From Candidatus Bipolaricaulia bacterium (GTDB taxonomy: Bacteria; Bipolaricaulota; Bipolaricaulia; JBHIAT01), in contig JBHIAT010000103.1 of the NCBI GenBank assembly GCA_046758705.1, forward strand, positions 1 to 12,956: a DNA stretch of 12,956 bases, written 5' to 3'. Shown here in pieces: positions 1 to 8,513 of the stretch. Made by a program: the position numbers and the translations under genes. The stretch's first letter is position 1, and the number at the start of each line of letters is the position of its first letter. The notes under the pieces are model-generated. The model had not been told where the DNA came from and searched no databases. It worked only from the letters and a program-made list of their open reading frames with translations.

Positions 1-378
1 CCGGACGTCCCGGGGGATTATCAGGTCCGGTTAACCGTCCAGGACAGCCGTCAGGGATGCACGTTTAGTACCCAGGATACAGTTGAGGTGACGGTCACCG
101 TCACCGAGCTCCGCAATGGGCCCAACCCGGCGAGCACGAGCACCGACTTCTTCTATGACTTCGACGCGTCGGAGGTCAGCGAGGCGAAGCTGATGGTCTT
201 CAACGTCGCTGGAAGGCTTGTTTACAGCGCAACTCTGCCTCTGCCGGCGACCGGTCCGTTTAGATGGTTTCTGACCGACAACCAGGGCCGGGATCTCGCG
301 AGCGGTCTATACCTGTATGTCATTCTGGCCGATGGGGCTCCCTCAGTCACCGCCCACCGGCTGGTGATCGAACGATAG
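1..378 (+). CDS. 3' part of a secreted/surface protein (5'-truncated): PKD-like Ig repeat followed by a FlgD-Ig / T9SS-CTD-like C-terminal domain
   Basis: Frame is open from base 1 (PDVPGDYQVRLTVQDS..., PKD-like 'PG.Y.V.LTV.D'). It continues NGPNP...VFNVAGRLV...WFLTDNQGRDLASGLYLY, the pattern of FlgD-Ig/T9SS type A CTD-like tails. Stop TAG at 376-378. The ORF-track start at 88 is probably internal. Confidence 0.75.
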   Translation, partial: PDVPGDYQVRLTVQDSRQGCTFSTQDTVEVTVTVTELRNGPNPASTSTDFFYDFDASEVSEAKLMVFNVAGRLVYSATLPLPATGPFRWFLTDNQGRDLASGLYLYVILADGAPSVTAHRLVIER

Positions 379-381
379 TAG

Positions 382-406
382 AACAAAAAACAAAACAAAA
401 CTAAAC
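382..406 (+). repeat. A-rich low-complexity tract, degenerate (CAAAA)n
   Basis: AACAAAAAACAAAACAAAACTAAAC, an intergenic tract in otherwise GC-rich sequence. Confidence 0.6.
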
Positions 407-429
407 TACCCAGGGGATCGAACCATTTT

Positions 430-2025
430 ATGATTGAGATCACGTTAGAGGCCATCATCCTGCTGTTGGTCGTCGCCTCGGTCGTTGCCGTGGTCGTCAA
501 GTACGTCCACCTCCCGTACACGATCGCCCTCGTCATCGTCGGTGCGCTGATCGGGATCTTCGGGACGTTTTCTGGACTTGAGCTATCGAAGGCGTTGATC
601 CTGACCGTCTTCCTCCCGCCGATCCTGTTCGAGGGGGCACTGGCGATGGACCTCGACCATCTTCGGGAGAACCTGCGGCCGGTAGGGGTGCTGGCGTTCT
701 TCGGCACGCTCATCTCGGCGTTCGCGGTCGGGGCCGGGGCCCATTACCTGCTCGACCTGGACTGGACGCTCGCCCTGCTCTTCGGTGTGATCATCGCGCC
801 GACCGATCCGGTCTCGGTCATCGCCCTGTTCCGGGAGCTGGGCCTGAGGCGGTTGGGGACGATCGTGGCGGGCGAGTCGATCTTCAACGATGGGCTGGCG
901 GTCGTGTTGTTCGGGATCCTGATTGCGGTGGTTGAGGGGGAGGAGCTGGGCGTGCTCGATGCGTTCAGCGATTTCCTGTATGTGATCGCCGTCGGAGCGT
1001 TCCTCGGGCTCGCGTTCGGGTATCTGGCCTACCGGATTCTCGGCCATATCGACGACCACCTCATCGAGGCAGTGATCACTCTGGCGCTCGCTTACGGCGT
1101 CTTCCTGCTCGCTGAGACCGTCGATGCCTCTGGGGTGATCGCCGTCGTCCTCGCCGGTCTGATCATTGGCAACTACGGGCGGGTCTTCTCGATGTCCCCG
1201 ACGACCCGGGTGCATCTCACCTCATTCTGGGACACGATTGTGTTCATCGCCAACTCGCTCCTGTTTCTGCTGATTGGGATCGCGCTCGCCGCCGCCGAGA
1301 TTGCCGTTCGTCCCGCGCTGTTCCGCATCGCCGTGGCGATCCCGCTGGCCGTGGTCGGCCGGGCGCTCGCCGTCTATCCGTTGTTGACACTGCTCAACTT
1401 GGGGAGGGACCGGATTCCTGCAAGCTGGTGGCCTGTGGTCTTCTGGGGCGGGCTGCGGGGGTCAATCCCGGTGGCGCTCGTCCTGGGGATCGGCGCAATC
1501 GGGGTGAGTCGCGACGTGAGCGATACCCTGCTGACGACCGTCTTCGGCGTTGTCTTGTTCTCACTCGTCGTCCAAGGGCTGACGATGAAGCCGCTGGTCC
1601 GTCGGCTCAAACTCGGGGCGGGTGCGACGGCGGAGCAGGCGCAGGCGTATGAGTACGAAGAGGCGGTCGGCCAAGAGCAAGCACTCATCGCTGCAATCCA
1701 CGAGCTGGATGCAATGCGCGGCCGCGGGGAGATCTCGGATCGGACGTTCACCGCGTTGAAGCAGCGGTACGAGGAAGCGCTTGCAAACGTCTCCCAGGAG
1801 ATCGACCAACTCCAGATCCAACACGAAGTGATCGAAACCGAACGGGAGTACGCCGAGCGCCGGGTGTTGTTCGCACGCCGGGCGGCGCTGCGGTCTGCCT
1901 TGGAGCGCGGAGTCATCTCCGAGGCCGTTTACAAGAAACTCCGGACGGAGATCGATCGGGAGCTGGAAAACACGGAGGGCAGATCATCCGCCGAACCTGC
2001 AACGGGCGATCCGCCCCGCGATTAG
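430..2025 (+). CDS. CPA1-family Na+/H+ antiporter (NhaP/NhaG-like) with C-terminal cytoplasmic helical domain
   Basis: Many TM segments and CPA1 motifs LPPILFE, TDPVSV, GESIFNDG and WGGLRG, followed by a charged helical tail. Confidence 0.93.
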   Translation: MIEITLEAIILLLVVASVVAVVVKYVHLPYTIALVIVGALIGIFGTFSGLELSKALILTVFLPPILFEGALAMDLDHLRENLRPVGVLAFFGTLISAFAVGAGAHYLLDLDWTLALLFGVIIAPTDPVSVIALFRELGLRRLGTIVAGESIFNDGLAVVLFGILIAVVEGEELGVLDAFSDFLYVIAVGAFLGLAFGYLAYRILGHIDDHLIEAVITLALAYGVFLLAETVDASGVIAVVLAGLIIGNYGRVFSMSPTTRVHLTSFWDTIVFIANSLLFLLIGIALAAAEIAVRPALFRIAVAIPLAVVGRALAVYPLLTLLNLGRDRIPASWWPVVFWGGLRGSIPVALVLGIGAIGVSRDVSDTLLTTVFGVVLFSLVVQGLTMKPLVRRLKLGAGATAEQAQAYEYEEAVGQEQALIAAIHELDAMRGRGEISDRTFTALKQRYEEALANVSQEIDQLQIQHEVIETEREYAERRVLFARRAALRSALERGVISEAVYKKLRTEIDRELENTEGRSSAEPATGDPPRD

Positions 2026-2027
2026 GC

Positions 2028-2504
2028 TTACCGACCCAGGGTGACCCCGAGAAAGTATATTTGATCAGAAGTACCATCTCCCCAGAAGATGATTGCAGAC
2101 TCGAAGAACAGGCCGACGCCTCCCAGGAGGATGGTCCCACCCGCTTTGAGCGAGAGGATTCCCGGCTCCGGAAAGAACTCGCTTAAGGCCGGGTCAAAGA
2201 TGAAGGCGACCGGGGCACCACCCACGTAGAGTCCAAAATCCCGAAACGGAATACCGAGTCTGAAGAACGGCCAGAAGACGTGGAATATTCCGCTGTCAGC
2301 CGGCACGTTGACCCAGGCATCGATATCCAGGCCGAACCCCTCTCCGACCGACAGCCGGCCCAGAAAAACAGACTCTCCTGGCACTAATGAGCCGAAGGTC
2401 GCTAACCCAACACCGGCTCTGACCGCATAGGCGTTGCTCGCCAGCAACGAGATGAGCGCGACGGCGACGACAACCACGAGTACAAAACTCAATCTGCGAT
2501 GCAT
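2028..2504 (-). CDS. Hypothetical exported protein (signal peptide, Gly/aromatic-rich beta-strand pattern)
   Basis: MHRRLSFVLVVVVAVALISLLASNAYA fits a Sec signal peptide with an AYA cleavage motif. AAGGGGGG SD-like sequence upstream. Fills the gap between convergent genes. Confidence 0.75.
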   Translation of the reverse strand: MHRRLSFVLVVVVAVALISLLASNAYAVRAGVGLATFGSLVPGESVFLGRLSVGEGFGLDIDAWVNVPADSGIFHVFWPFFRLGIPFRDFGLYVGGAPVAFIFDPALSEFFPEPGILSLKAGGTILLGGVGLFFESAIIFWGDGTSDQIYFLGVTLGR

Positions 2505-2548
2505 GATAATCCCCCCTTAGAAATTTGGCCGAACGGTGGCCGCCCTCC

Positions 2549-2578
2549 TATATAGCACAAAGAGCTTGCCCGTGTCAA
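2549..2578 (-). promoter_or_regulatory. Putative sigma70 promoter for the 2504 gene
   Basis: Minus strand TTGACA (2578-2573), 18-nt spacer, then TGc-TATATA (2554-2549). The -10 is imperfect. Confidence 0.45.
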
Positions 2579-2579
2579 C

Positions 2580-3686
2580 CTAACTGCGATATCGTCCGGT
2601 CAGCGGCAGGATGACCCGATCCGCGTCGCTGATCGTCCCGTTCGCCAGGTAGCGATCGAGGGCAGCGAGCGTCGTTGCCGAGGTTGGCTCGATCAAAAAG
2701 CCGCCCCGATGCGCCTCCAGAAGCGCGCGTTCGATCTCGGCGTTCGAGACGGTCACCACGTCGCCGCCCGTCTCCCGGAGCGCTGTCACGATCTGGTCCA
2801 AGCGCACCGGCCTGACGATTCTCATCCCATCGGCGATGGTCTCTCCCCCCTGTGGAACGTCCCCGTCGCCGTGGAACGCCCGGGTGACCGGGTCGAACTC
2901 CTCTGTCTGGACCGCCAGCAACCGGGGGGGGTGATCGAGCCACCCGACCTGGACCAACTCCCGAAAGCCGAGATGAATGCCAAGCAACAGCGTTCCGCTC
3001 CCTACCGGGCAGACGATCGCATCCGGGGCGTTCCAATCGAGCTGCGCGCCCAGCTCGAACGCGAACGTCTTCGTCCCGTGAAGAAAGTAGGGGTTGATCA
3101 TATGCCCGGCATAGTAGATCTTCTCTTCGATACAGAGCCGTTGTGCCGCCTCGGTCACCGCCTCCCGGCCCCCGGCGATCCGGCGCAGCTCGGCCCCGAA
3201 CGCTTCAATCGTCCTAACCTTGCCAATGGGTGCGTCATCCGGGACGAAAATCGACGCCCGCACCCCGGCCCGAGTGCTGTAGGCAGCGACGCTCGCCCCG
3301 GCGTTGCCTGAGGAATCCTCGACGACCCTCGGAATACCGAGTTCACGGACTTTGCTCAGCAGCACCGCCGCACCTCGATCCTTGAACGACCCGGTCGGCA
3401 GCAGGTACTCCAGCTTGACCAGGATATTCTCCTGACCCGGGATAACCGGCACGAGTGGGGTCACCGATTCGCCGAGCGAGATGCGAAACTCAGGTCGCAC
3501 CGGCAGCAGTTCTTCAAACGCCCACATCCCCTGGTAAAAGCGGACGGGAGGTGATGGGTCGACCTCGGGCACAAACTCCAGATCTAACGCTTCTCCACAC
3601 GTGCATTGCCACCGTTGGACTGCCTCATCCTCGCTGTAAACCGCCCTGCACTCGCGACATCGCAACCGGACAGTTCTGCTCTGCAC
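2580..3686 (-). CDS. thrC: Threonine synthase-like PLP-dependent enzyme (fold type II), about 368 aa
   Basis: Motifs SLGESVTPL, KLEYLLPTGSFKDRG (PLP lysine), DSSGNAGAS, PVGSGTLL and IEPTSA; N-terminal CxxC...CxCG Zn-ribbon. Start reassigned to GTG at 3686, just after the upstream stop (3690-3688) and behind a GGGAGGGG SD. Substrate specificity is not certain. Confidence 0.8.
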   Translation of the reverse strand: MQSRTVRLRCRECRAVYSEDEAVQRWQCTCGEALDLEFVPEVDPSPPVRFYQGMWAFEELLPVRPEFRISLGESVTPLVPVIPGQENILVKLEYLLPTGSFKDRGAAVLLSKVRELGIPRVVEDSSGNAGASVAAYSTRAGVRASIFVPDDAPIGKVRTIEAFGAELRRIAGGREAVTEAAQRLCIEEKIYYAGHMINPYFLHGTKTFAFELGAQLDWNAPDAIVCPVGSGTLLLGIHLGFRELVQVGWLDHPPRLLAVQTEEFDPVTRAFHGDGDVPQGGETIADGMRIVRPVRLDQIVTALRETGGDVVTVSNAEIERALLEAHRGGFLIEPTSATTLAALDRYLANGTISDADRVILPLTGRYRS

Positions 3687-3687
3687 A

Positions 3688-5844
3688 CTAATCCCCTCCC
3701 CCGTCCGACGTGGACGCGAATGAGTCGGCAAACTGAAGTTGGTAAAGGGCGTGATACAGACCCCGTTGTCTGAGCAGCGCGTCGTGGGTCCCTTCCTCAA
3801 CGATCCGCCCTTGATGCAGGACGATGATTCGATTGGCATCCTGAACGGTCGAGAGGCGATGGGCGATGACCAGGGACGTCCTGCCCTTAAGGATCCGCTT
3901 CAGGGACGACTGAATGAGCTGCTCGGTGTGAGAGTCGATGTTGGCGGTCGCTTCGTCGAGAATCAGGATCTGGGGATCGAAGGCGACGGCCCGTGCGAAC
4001 GCAAGCAGTTGGCGTTGGCCGACGGAGAGTGTCTCACCCCGTTCGACCATCTCTGTCTGATAGCCGTTCGGCAGCATCTCGATGAAGTCATGGGCTTGCA
4101 CGAACTTGGCCGCCTCCACCGCCTGCGCCTCCGGGACCCGCTTGCCCTTCAACCGGATGTTGTCCATCACATCTCCAGAGAACAGAAAGACATCCTGAAG
4201 GACGACGGCCATCCGAGAGCGCAGCGCTTCCAGATCATAGTGCCAGATGTCGGTCCTATCGAGCAGGATTTTGCCCCGTTGCGGCTTGTAAAGCCGGAGC
4301 AGCAAGTTGATGATCGTCGTCTTCCCCGAGCCGGTCGGCCCGACGATCGCCACCCGCTCCCCGGGTGCAGCTTTGAACGAGATCCCGTTGAGTACGAAGT
4401 TGGGCTCATTGCTGTCTCCATCTCTATCTTCATCGGCGTCGTAAGCGAACCACACGTCCTGGAATTCGATCTGGCCACGGGGTGTGGGAAGCGCCTCGCC
4501 GTCGCGTCGCTCCTGCGGCTCATCGAGCAGCATGAAGATTCGTTCCGAGGCGGCCATGGCGCCCTGCATGATATTGTATTTATCGGCAAGGTCCCGGATC
4601 GGTTGGAACAACATGCGCACGAAACTCAGGAACGCAACCAGTGAACCGAGGGTAAAGAATCCGGCCGACACACCGAAACCGCCGCGCCAGATGATCAGGG
4701 CCACAGCCAGTGTACTGATCAATCCGATCAACGGTTGGAAGATCGCGAACACCATCAACTGTTTCATGTCGGCCCGGTACTTCTCCTTGTTGATCCCTCG
4801 GAACCGCTCCCGGCTATCGTGCTCCTGGGAGAAGATCTGGATGATGCGCATCCCGGAGATGCTCTCCTGGAGGAAGGCGTTGAGCTTGGCCAGCTTGACG
4901 CGCACCTCTCGGTATGCCTGTCGAGCGCGCTTTCTAAACACAAGGGTGATGTAGGAGATAATTGGGATGAAGATCAGGATCAGCCCGGTGAGCCTCGGGT
5001 TCATCTGGAACATCAGCGCGATGATCCCGAGGATCAGGAACAGATCCTTGAGCAGGTTGACGAGCACCGCGGTGTACATCTCATTGATCGCGGAGACATC
5101 GTTCGTCGCTCGGGTGACCAGGCGCCCGATGGGATTTCGGTTGAAGTAGCGCATCGGCAGACGAACCAGGTGAGCATGGATTCGCTCCCGCATGTCATGC
5201 ATGATCTGCTGGCCGGTGAGTTGCAGCAGGTAGACTTGGGCGAAGCCGAACACGAGCCGTCCGAACAGGATCAGGACGAACATCAGCGCGAGTTGGCTCA
5301 CCCCCCGCAGGTCATCATGTCGCAAGATGCCGAGGTCCGATCGATCCACCCGATTGAGCATCTGTTGGCTCACGATGTACCCACCGGGAACCGCCTCGAA
5401 CAACTCGGGGTAGCGTGCCACGACCTCCAGTCTTTGAGTGTCCTCGTTGCTTACCCACAGATAACGGATCCCGGAAAGGTAAGGCTCCAACGCCTGATGC
5501 GTCCCCGAATCGAGCGTGGCGGTATCGATCAGATATCTCCCATCTCCCAACGGGATCGCGGCTCGTTCATCGCCTTCCCCTTCCAGTGCCTCCAGATGGC
5601 GCGCCACCGCCTCGGACCCAGGTGGGGTCAGAATCGCCATGGGCAAGACGATAAACCGATCGATGGCCGTCCTGGTGATGAGGGGGAGGGCGAGTTCAAG
5701 GGCAGTGACGAACAGGATGAAGATGACAGAGGCAAGAAATAGCCGAGTGTACGGCCTGATATAGCCGATCAGCTGCCTCATCAGCCGGGCATCGTAGGCC
5801 CGACCGAGCGCCTCCTCCTCGAGGTAAGCTCTCCCTCCCATCAT
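3688..5844 (-). CDS. yheH: Heterodimeric ABC exporter subunit (TMD+NBD), YheH/BmrD-like, with large extracellular loop
   Basis: Walker A GPTGSGKTT, degenerate signature LSVGQRQ, canonical Walker B ILILDEATANID, H-loop IAHRLST. Long insertion after TM1. Overlaps the upstream subunit by 4 nt. Confidence 0.88.
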   Translation of the reverse strand: MMGGRAYLEEEALGRAYDARLMRQLIGYIRPYTRLFLASVIFILFVTALELALPLITRTAIDRFIVLPMAILTPPGSEAVARHLEALEGEGDERAAIPLGDGRYLIDTATLDSGTHQALEPYLSGIRYLWVSNEDTQRLEVVARYPELFEAVPGGYIVSQQMLNRVDRSDLGILRHDDLRGVSQLALMFVLILFGRLVFGFAQVYLLQLTGQQIMHDMRERIHAHLVRLPMRYFNRNPIGRLVTRATNDVSAINEMYTAVLVNLLKDLFLILGIIALMFQMNPRLTGLILIFIPIISYITLVFRKRARQAYREVRVKLAKLNAFLQESISGMRIIQIFSQEHDSRERFRGINKEKYRADMKQLMVFAIFQPLIGLISTLAVALIIWRGGFGVSAGFFTLGSLVAFLSFVRMLFQPIRDLADKYNIMQGAMAASERIFMLLDEPQERRDGEALPTPRGQIEFQDVWFAYDADEDRDGDSNEPNFVLNGISFKAAPGERVAIVGPTGSGKTTIINLLLRLYKPQRGKILLDRTDIWHYDLEALRSRMAVVLQDVFLFSGDVMDNIRLKGKRVPEAQAVEAAKFVQAHDFIEMLPNGYQTEMVERGETLSVGQRQLLAFARAVAFDPQILILDEATANIDSHTEQLIQSSLKRILKGRTSLVIAHRLSTVQDANRIIVLHQGRIVEEGTHDALLRQRGLYHALYQLQFADSFASTSDGGGD

Positions 5845-7565
5845 GGGACTCGAAGTTCCTCCTCCGCCTTCTGTAACTGATAGAACCGGTTGTAGAGCCC
5901 GCCGTAAGCGATCAGCTCCCGGTGGGTCCCCCGTTCGATGATCCGTCCTTGGTCGAGCACCACGATCTGGTCGGCGTTCTGAACGGCCGAGACGCGATGG
6001 GCGATGACGATCGAGGTCCGTGCCCGCAGCACCGCTCGCAAATTCTCCAGGATCAGTCGTTCCTTCTCAGCATCGACGGCCGAGAGGGGATCGTCGAGGA
6101 TGAGGATCTCGGGATCGCGGAGCAGCGCTCGGGCGATCGCCACCCGCTGTTTCTGGCCGCCGGAGAGCGTTACCCCTCGCTCCCCCACCTGGGTGTCAAA
6201 ACCGTCAGGAAACGCCATAATCTCGTCGTAGATCCCGGCGAGTTTGGCGGCGGTTATGATCTCTGCCTCGCTTGCTTGCGGTTGACCGAAGGCGATGTTC
6301 TCTCGGATCGTGGTGGAGAACAGGAACGGATCCTGGGGAACGATCCCCACCCTGCGCCGCAACTCGTCGAGCCGCAGGACGGTGACATCGACCCCGCCGA
6401 TCCAAACGGATCCTTCCGGTGGATCGAAGACTCTCAGGATGAGGTGGGCGATCGTGCTCTTTCCCGAGCCGGTCAGCCCGACGACACCCAAGACCGTCCC
6501 GGCTCCCACTTCAAGGTCGATCTCCTGCAGCGCCGGGGTCCTGTCCGGATAGGTAAAGCTCAACCGGGTAAACTCGATTCCATACTGCTCGGGGAATCTT
6601 CGAGGTCGTTCCACCTCCCGGACGGTCGGGACCACCTCCAGGATTCGGGTGATCCGGTTCATCGATGCCGTCCCCCGCTGCACCAGGTTGACGACCCAGC
6701 CGAGTGCCATCATCGGCCAAGCGAGCAACCCCAGATAGGTGATGAACGCCACAAAGTCCCCCAGACTGATCCCCCCGGTGATCACCGCTCGCCCACCCAG
6801 CCACAGGATGATCACTGTAGAAGATCCGGCGAGGAGCGCGATCAGCGGGTCGAATGCCCCCCAGACTCTGACGAGCGACATATTCTTCCGAACGAACGCT
6901 TCGTTCACCTGTCCGAACTCCTGCTCGGCCCCCCGTTCCTGAACGAACGTCTTGATGATGCGAATCCCGGCGAGGTTCTCCCGGACCTGCTCGGTGAGCC
7001 GCGCGAACGTCTCCTGAATCGCCTCGAACCTCCGATGGATCACCCGGCCAAACCCGGAGACGACCAGGGTGATGAACGGCAGGGGGATGAAGGCGTAGCC
7101 GGTCAGAGTCGGATTGATGTAAGTCATCGCTGCAAGCGAGAACGAGACCATGATCAGCGCGTCTGCTAGCGCGAGCACGCCGAACCCGCAGGCCATCCGG
7201 ACCGCATCGATATCGTTGGTCGCGTGCGCCATCAGGTCGCCGGTCTTCGTCCGATGGAAGAAGTCGGTGGACAGGGTCAGCAAATGTCCATAGAGTCGAT
7301 CCCGAAGATCCCGCTCAATCCGTCGGGATGCCCCGATGATCAACAGGCGCCACAGGAACCGGAGCAGAGTCACACCCAGAGCGATCCCGACGATGTAGGC
7401 GGCGTACCTCAGCAGATGGGCCGAGATCCCCAAGGAGAGCTGATCCACCACGCGACGGATAATCAACGGGATGACCAGTTGACCCGCGTCCAAAGCGAGT
7501 AGTGCTCCGACCCCGAGGATCATCCGCCATCGGTAACGCCACAGATACTTGAGGATTTCCTTCAT
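5841..7565 (-). CDS. yheI: Heterodimeric ABC exporter subunit (TMD+NBD), YheI/BmrC-like
   Basis: GDLMAHATNDIDAV, Walker A GLTGSGKST, canonical LSGGQKQR, degenerate Walker B ILILDDPLSAVD (Asp in place of the catalytic Glu). Confidence 0.9.
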   Translation of the reverse strand: MKEILKYLWRYRWRMILGVGALLALDAGQLVIPLIIRRVVDQLSLGISAHLLRYAAYIVGIALGVTLLRFLWRLLIIGASRRIERDLRDRLYGHLLTLSTDFFHRTKTGDLMAHATNDIDAVRMACGFGVLALADALIMVSFSLAAMTYINPTLTGYAFIPLPFITLVVSGFGRVIHRRFEAIQETFARLTEQVRENLAGIRIIKTFVQERGAEQEFGQVNEAFVRKNMSLVRVWGAFDPLIALLAGSSTVIILWLGGRAVITGGISLGDFVAFITYLGLLAWPMMALGWVVNLVQRGTASMNRITRILEVVPTVREVERPRRFPEQYGIEFTRLSFTYPDRTPALQEIDLEVGAGTVLGVVGLTGSGKSTIAHLILRVFDPPEGSVWIGGVDVTVLRLDELRRRVGIVPQDPFLFSTTIRENIAFGQPQASEAEIITAAKLAGIYDEIMAFPDGFDTQVGERGVTLSGGQKQRVAIARALLRDPEILILDDPLSAVDAEKERLILENLRAVLRARTSIVIAHRVSAVQNADQIVVLDQGRIIERGTHRELIAYGGLYNRFYQLQKAEEELRVP

Positions 7566-7579
7566 CGCAAGAACTATTT

Positions 7580-7608
7580 ATGGTACGAAATCTGGATGCG
7601 ATGATCAA
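7580..7608 (-). promoter_or_regulatory. Putative sigma70 promoter of the ABC-ABC-thrC operon
   Basis: Minus strand TTGATC (7608-7603), 17 nt, TACCAT (7585-7580). Only 14 nt separate the -10 from the ATG at 7565, and there is no SD. Confidence 0.55.
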
Positions 7609-7637
7609 GCGGTAAGGCTGACACATACCTCACGATC

Positions 7638-7666
7638 TTGACAAGTCTTCTTGGATGTAGTACAAT
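7638..7666 (+). promoter_or_regulatory. sigma70 promoter upstream of the cold-shock gene leader
   Basis: TTGACA (7638-7643), 17 nt, TACAAT (7661-7666). Confidence 0.8.
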
Positions 7667-7928
7667 TTTTTCATATAAGGAGCTAAAGTGAAGCGCTGGA
7701 TGGCCCTCGAAGGTGGGAGATCGAAGGCAAACGGATGATCCATCCTTGCCGACCGTTCCCCCTGACCATCCGCCTTCCTTGAGTGAGGAGATTCAGATCG
7801 ATTGTCGTGCCAAAACCTGATCGTTCAACTTCATTCCCCGAGTGGGACTTGACTCACCGATCCCCTATGAACTCTACTCTATAAACCTTAAGCATGAAAC
7901 CCAATCTTTGTACCAAGGAGGTGTGGAC

Positions 7929-8135
7929 ATGACCCGAGGTATCGTCAAGTGGTTCGATGAGAAGAAGGGCTACGGATTCATCGAACGTGAAGACGGTGAA
8001 GATGTGTTCGTCCACTTCTCGTCGATCCAGACTGAGGGGTTCAAGACCCTCAAGGAGGGCGAGACGGTCGAGTTTGATGTGGTAGCGGGTGAGCGTGGCC
8101 CCAAAGCGGCCAACGTGGTGAAGGTGAATCCGTAA
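7929..8135 (+). CDS. cspA: Cold-shock protein (CspA family), 68 aa
   Basis: RNP1 KGYGFI and RNP2 VFVHFS; GPKAANV. AAGGAGGTG SD at 7915-7923 places the start at ATG 7929 rather than 7842. The specific paralogue name is not resolvable. Confidence 0.96.
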   Translation: MTRGIVKWFDEKKGYGFIEREDGEDVFVHFSSIQTEGFKTLKEGETVEFDVVAGERGPKAANVVKVNP

Positions 8136-8291
8136 AAACACGGCTGGGCTCCAGCGATCCGATGACGCTCGGTCCGGCGCTTACCAGCGCTAATCATCAA
8201 CTGAAGCGACATGCAGATCCTGATCTCCGTGCACTTGGACCAAGGATGAAGTGTATTGCCGGAGTGGCGGTTAACGAGGAGATTGTCGGAA

Positions 8292-8320
8292 TTGACAATT
8301 CGGCATTCGTATGTTATAGT
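8292..8320 (+). promoter_or_regulatory. Near-consensus sigma70 promoter P1 (distal), upstream of the small-peptide array
   Basis: TTGACA (8292-8297), 17 nt, TGt-TATAGT (8315-8320) with an extended -10. Confidence 0.8.
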
Positions 8321-8350
8321 GGCAGATAAGAGTGAGAAAAGTGGTCAGGA

Positions 8351-8369
8351 AATATAGATGGTCTATATT
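8351..8369. promoter_or_regulatory. Perfect 8-3-8 inverted repeat, candidate operator
   Basis: AATATAGA-TGG-TCTATATT, located between promoters P1 and P2. Confidence 0.45.
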
Positions 8370-8484
8370 ATTAATCTTGTTCGATTCTTCGGATGAATCT
8401 CTTGGTATTCTGAGTTTTTCAAATTCACGATCGAGTATAATCCAATTGGATAAAGGGTTAGAGATTTACCCAGATCGGCTAACC

Positions 8485-8513
8485 TTGCAAAAGAGCCGAT
8501 TGAGTGTTATACT
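8485..8513 (+). promoter_or_regulatory. sigma70 promoter P2 (proximal) of the small-peptide array
   Basis: TTGCAA (8485-8490), 17 nt, TGt-TATACT (8508-8513) with an extended -10. Confidence 0.75.

Noticed and set aside
3687-3839. N-terminal extension of the thrC ORF (and similarly 7842-7928 of csp)
   Set aside because: The thrC extension overlaps the upstream gene and the csp one lies in the leader; in both cases a better SD-led start exists downstream.
3739-7169. Long antisense ORFs (301, 335, 415 aa) and similar ones opposite the antiporter, holA and secD
   Set aside because: Typical stop-poor antisense frames of GC-rich genes, with no recognisable motifs.
7724-7760. c-di-GMP-I riboswitch suggested by AAGGCAAAC
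   Set aside because: It lacks the GNRA loop and the downstream GACGCAAAG element; GGCAA pairs locally with TTGCC instead.
8225-8264. Bulged stem-loop downstream of csp as a terminator
   Set aside because: CTCCG-TGCACTT/AAGTGTA-CGGAG can pair, but there is a 12-nt loop, a 4-nt bulge and no U-tract, so support is too weak.
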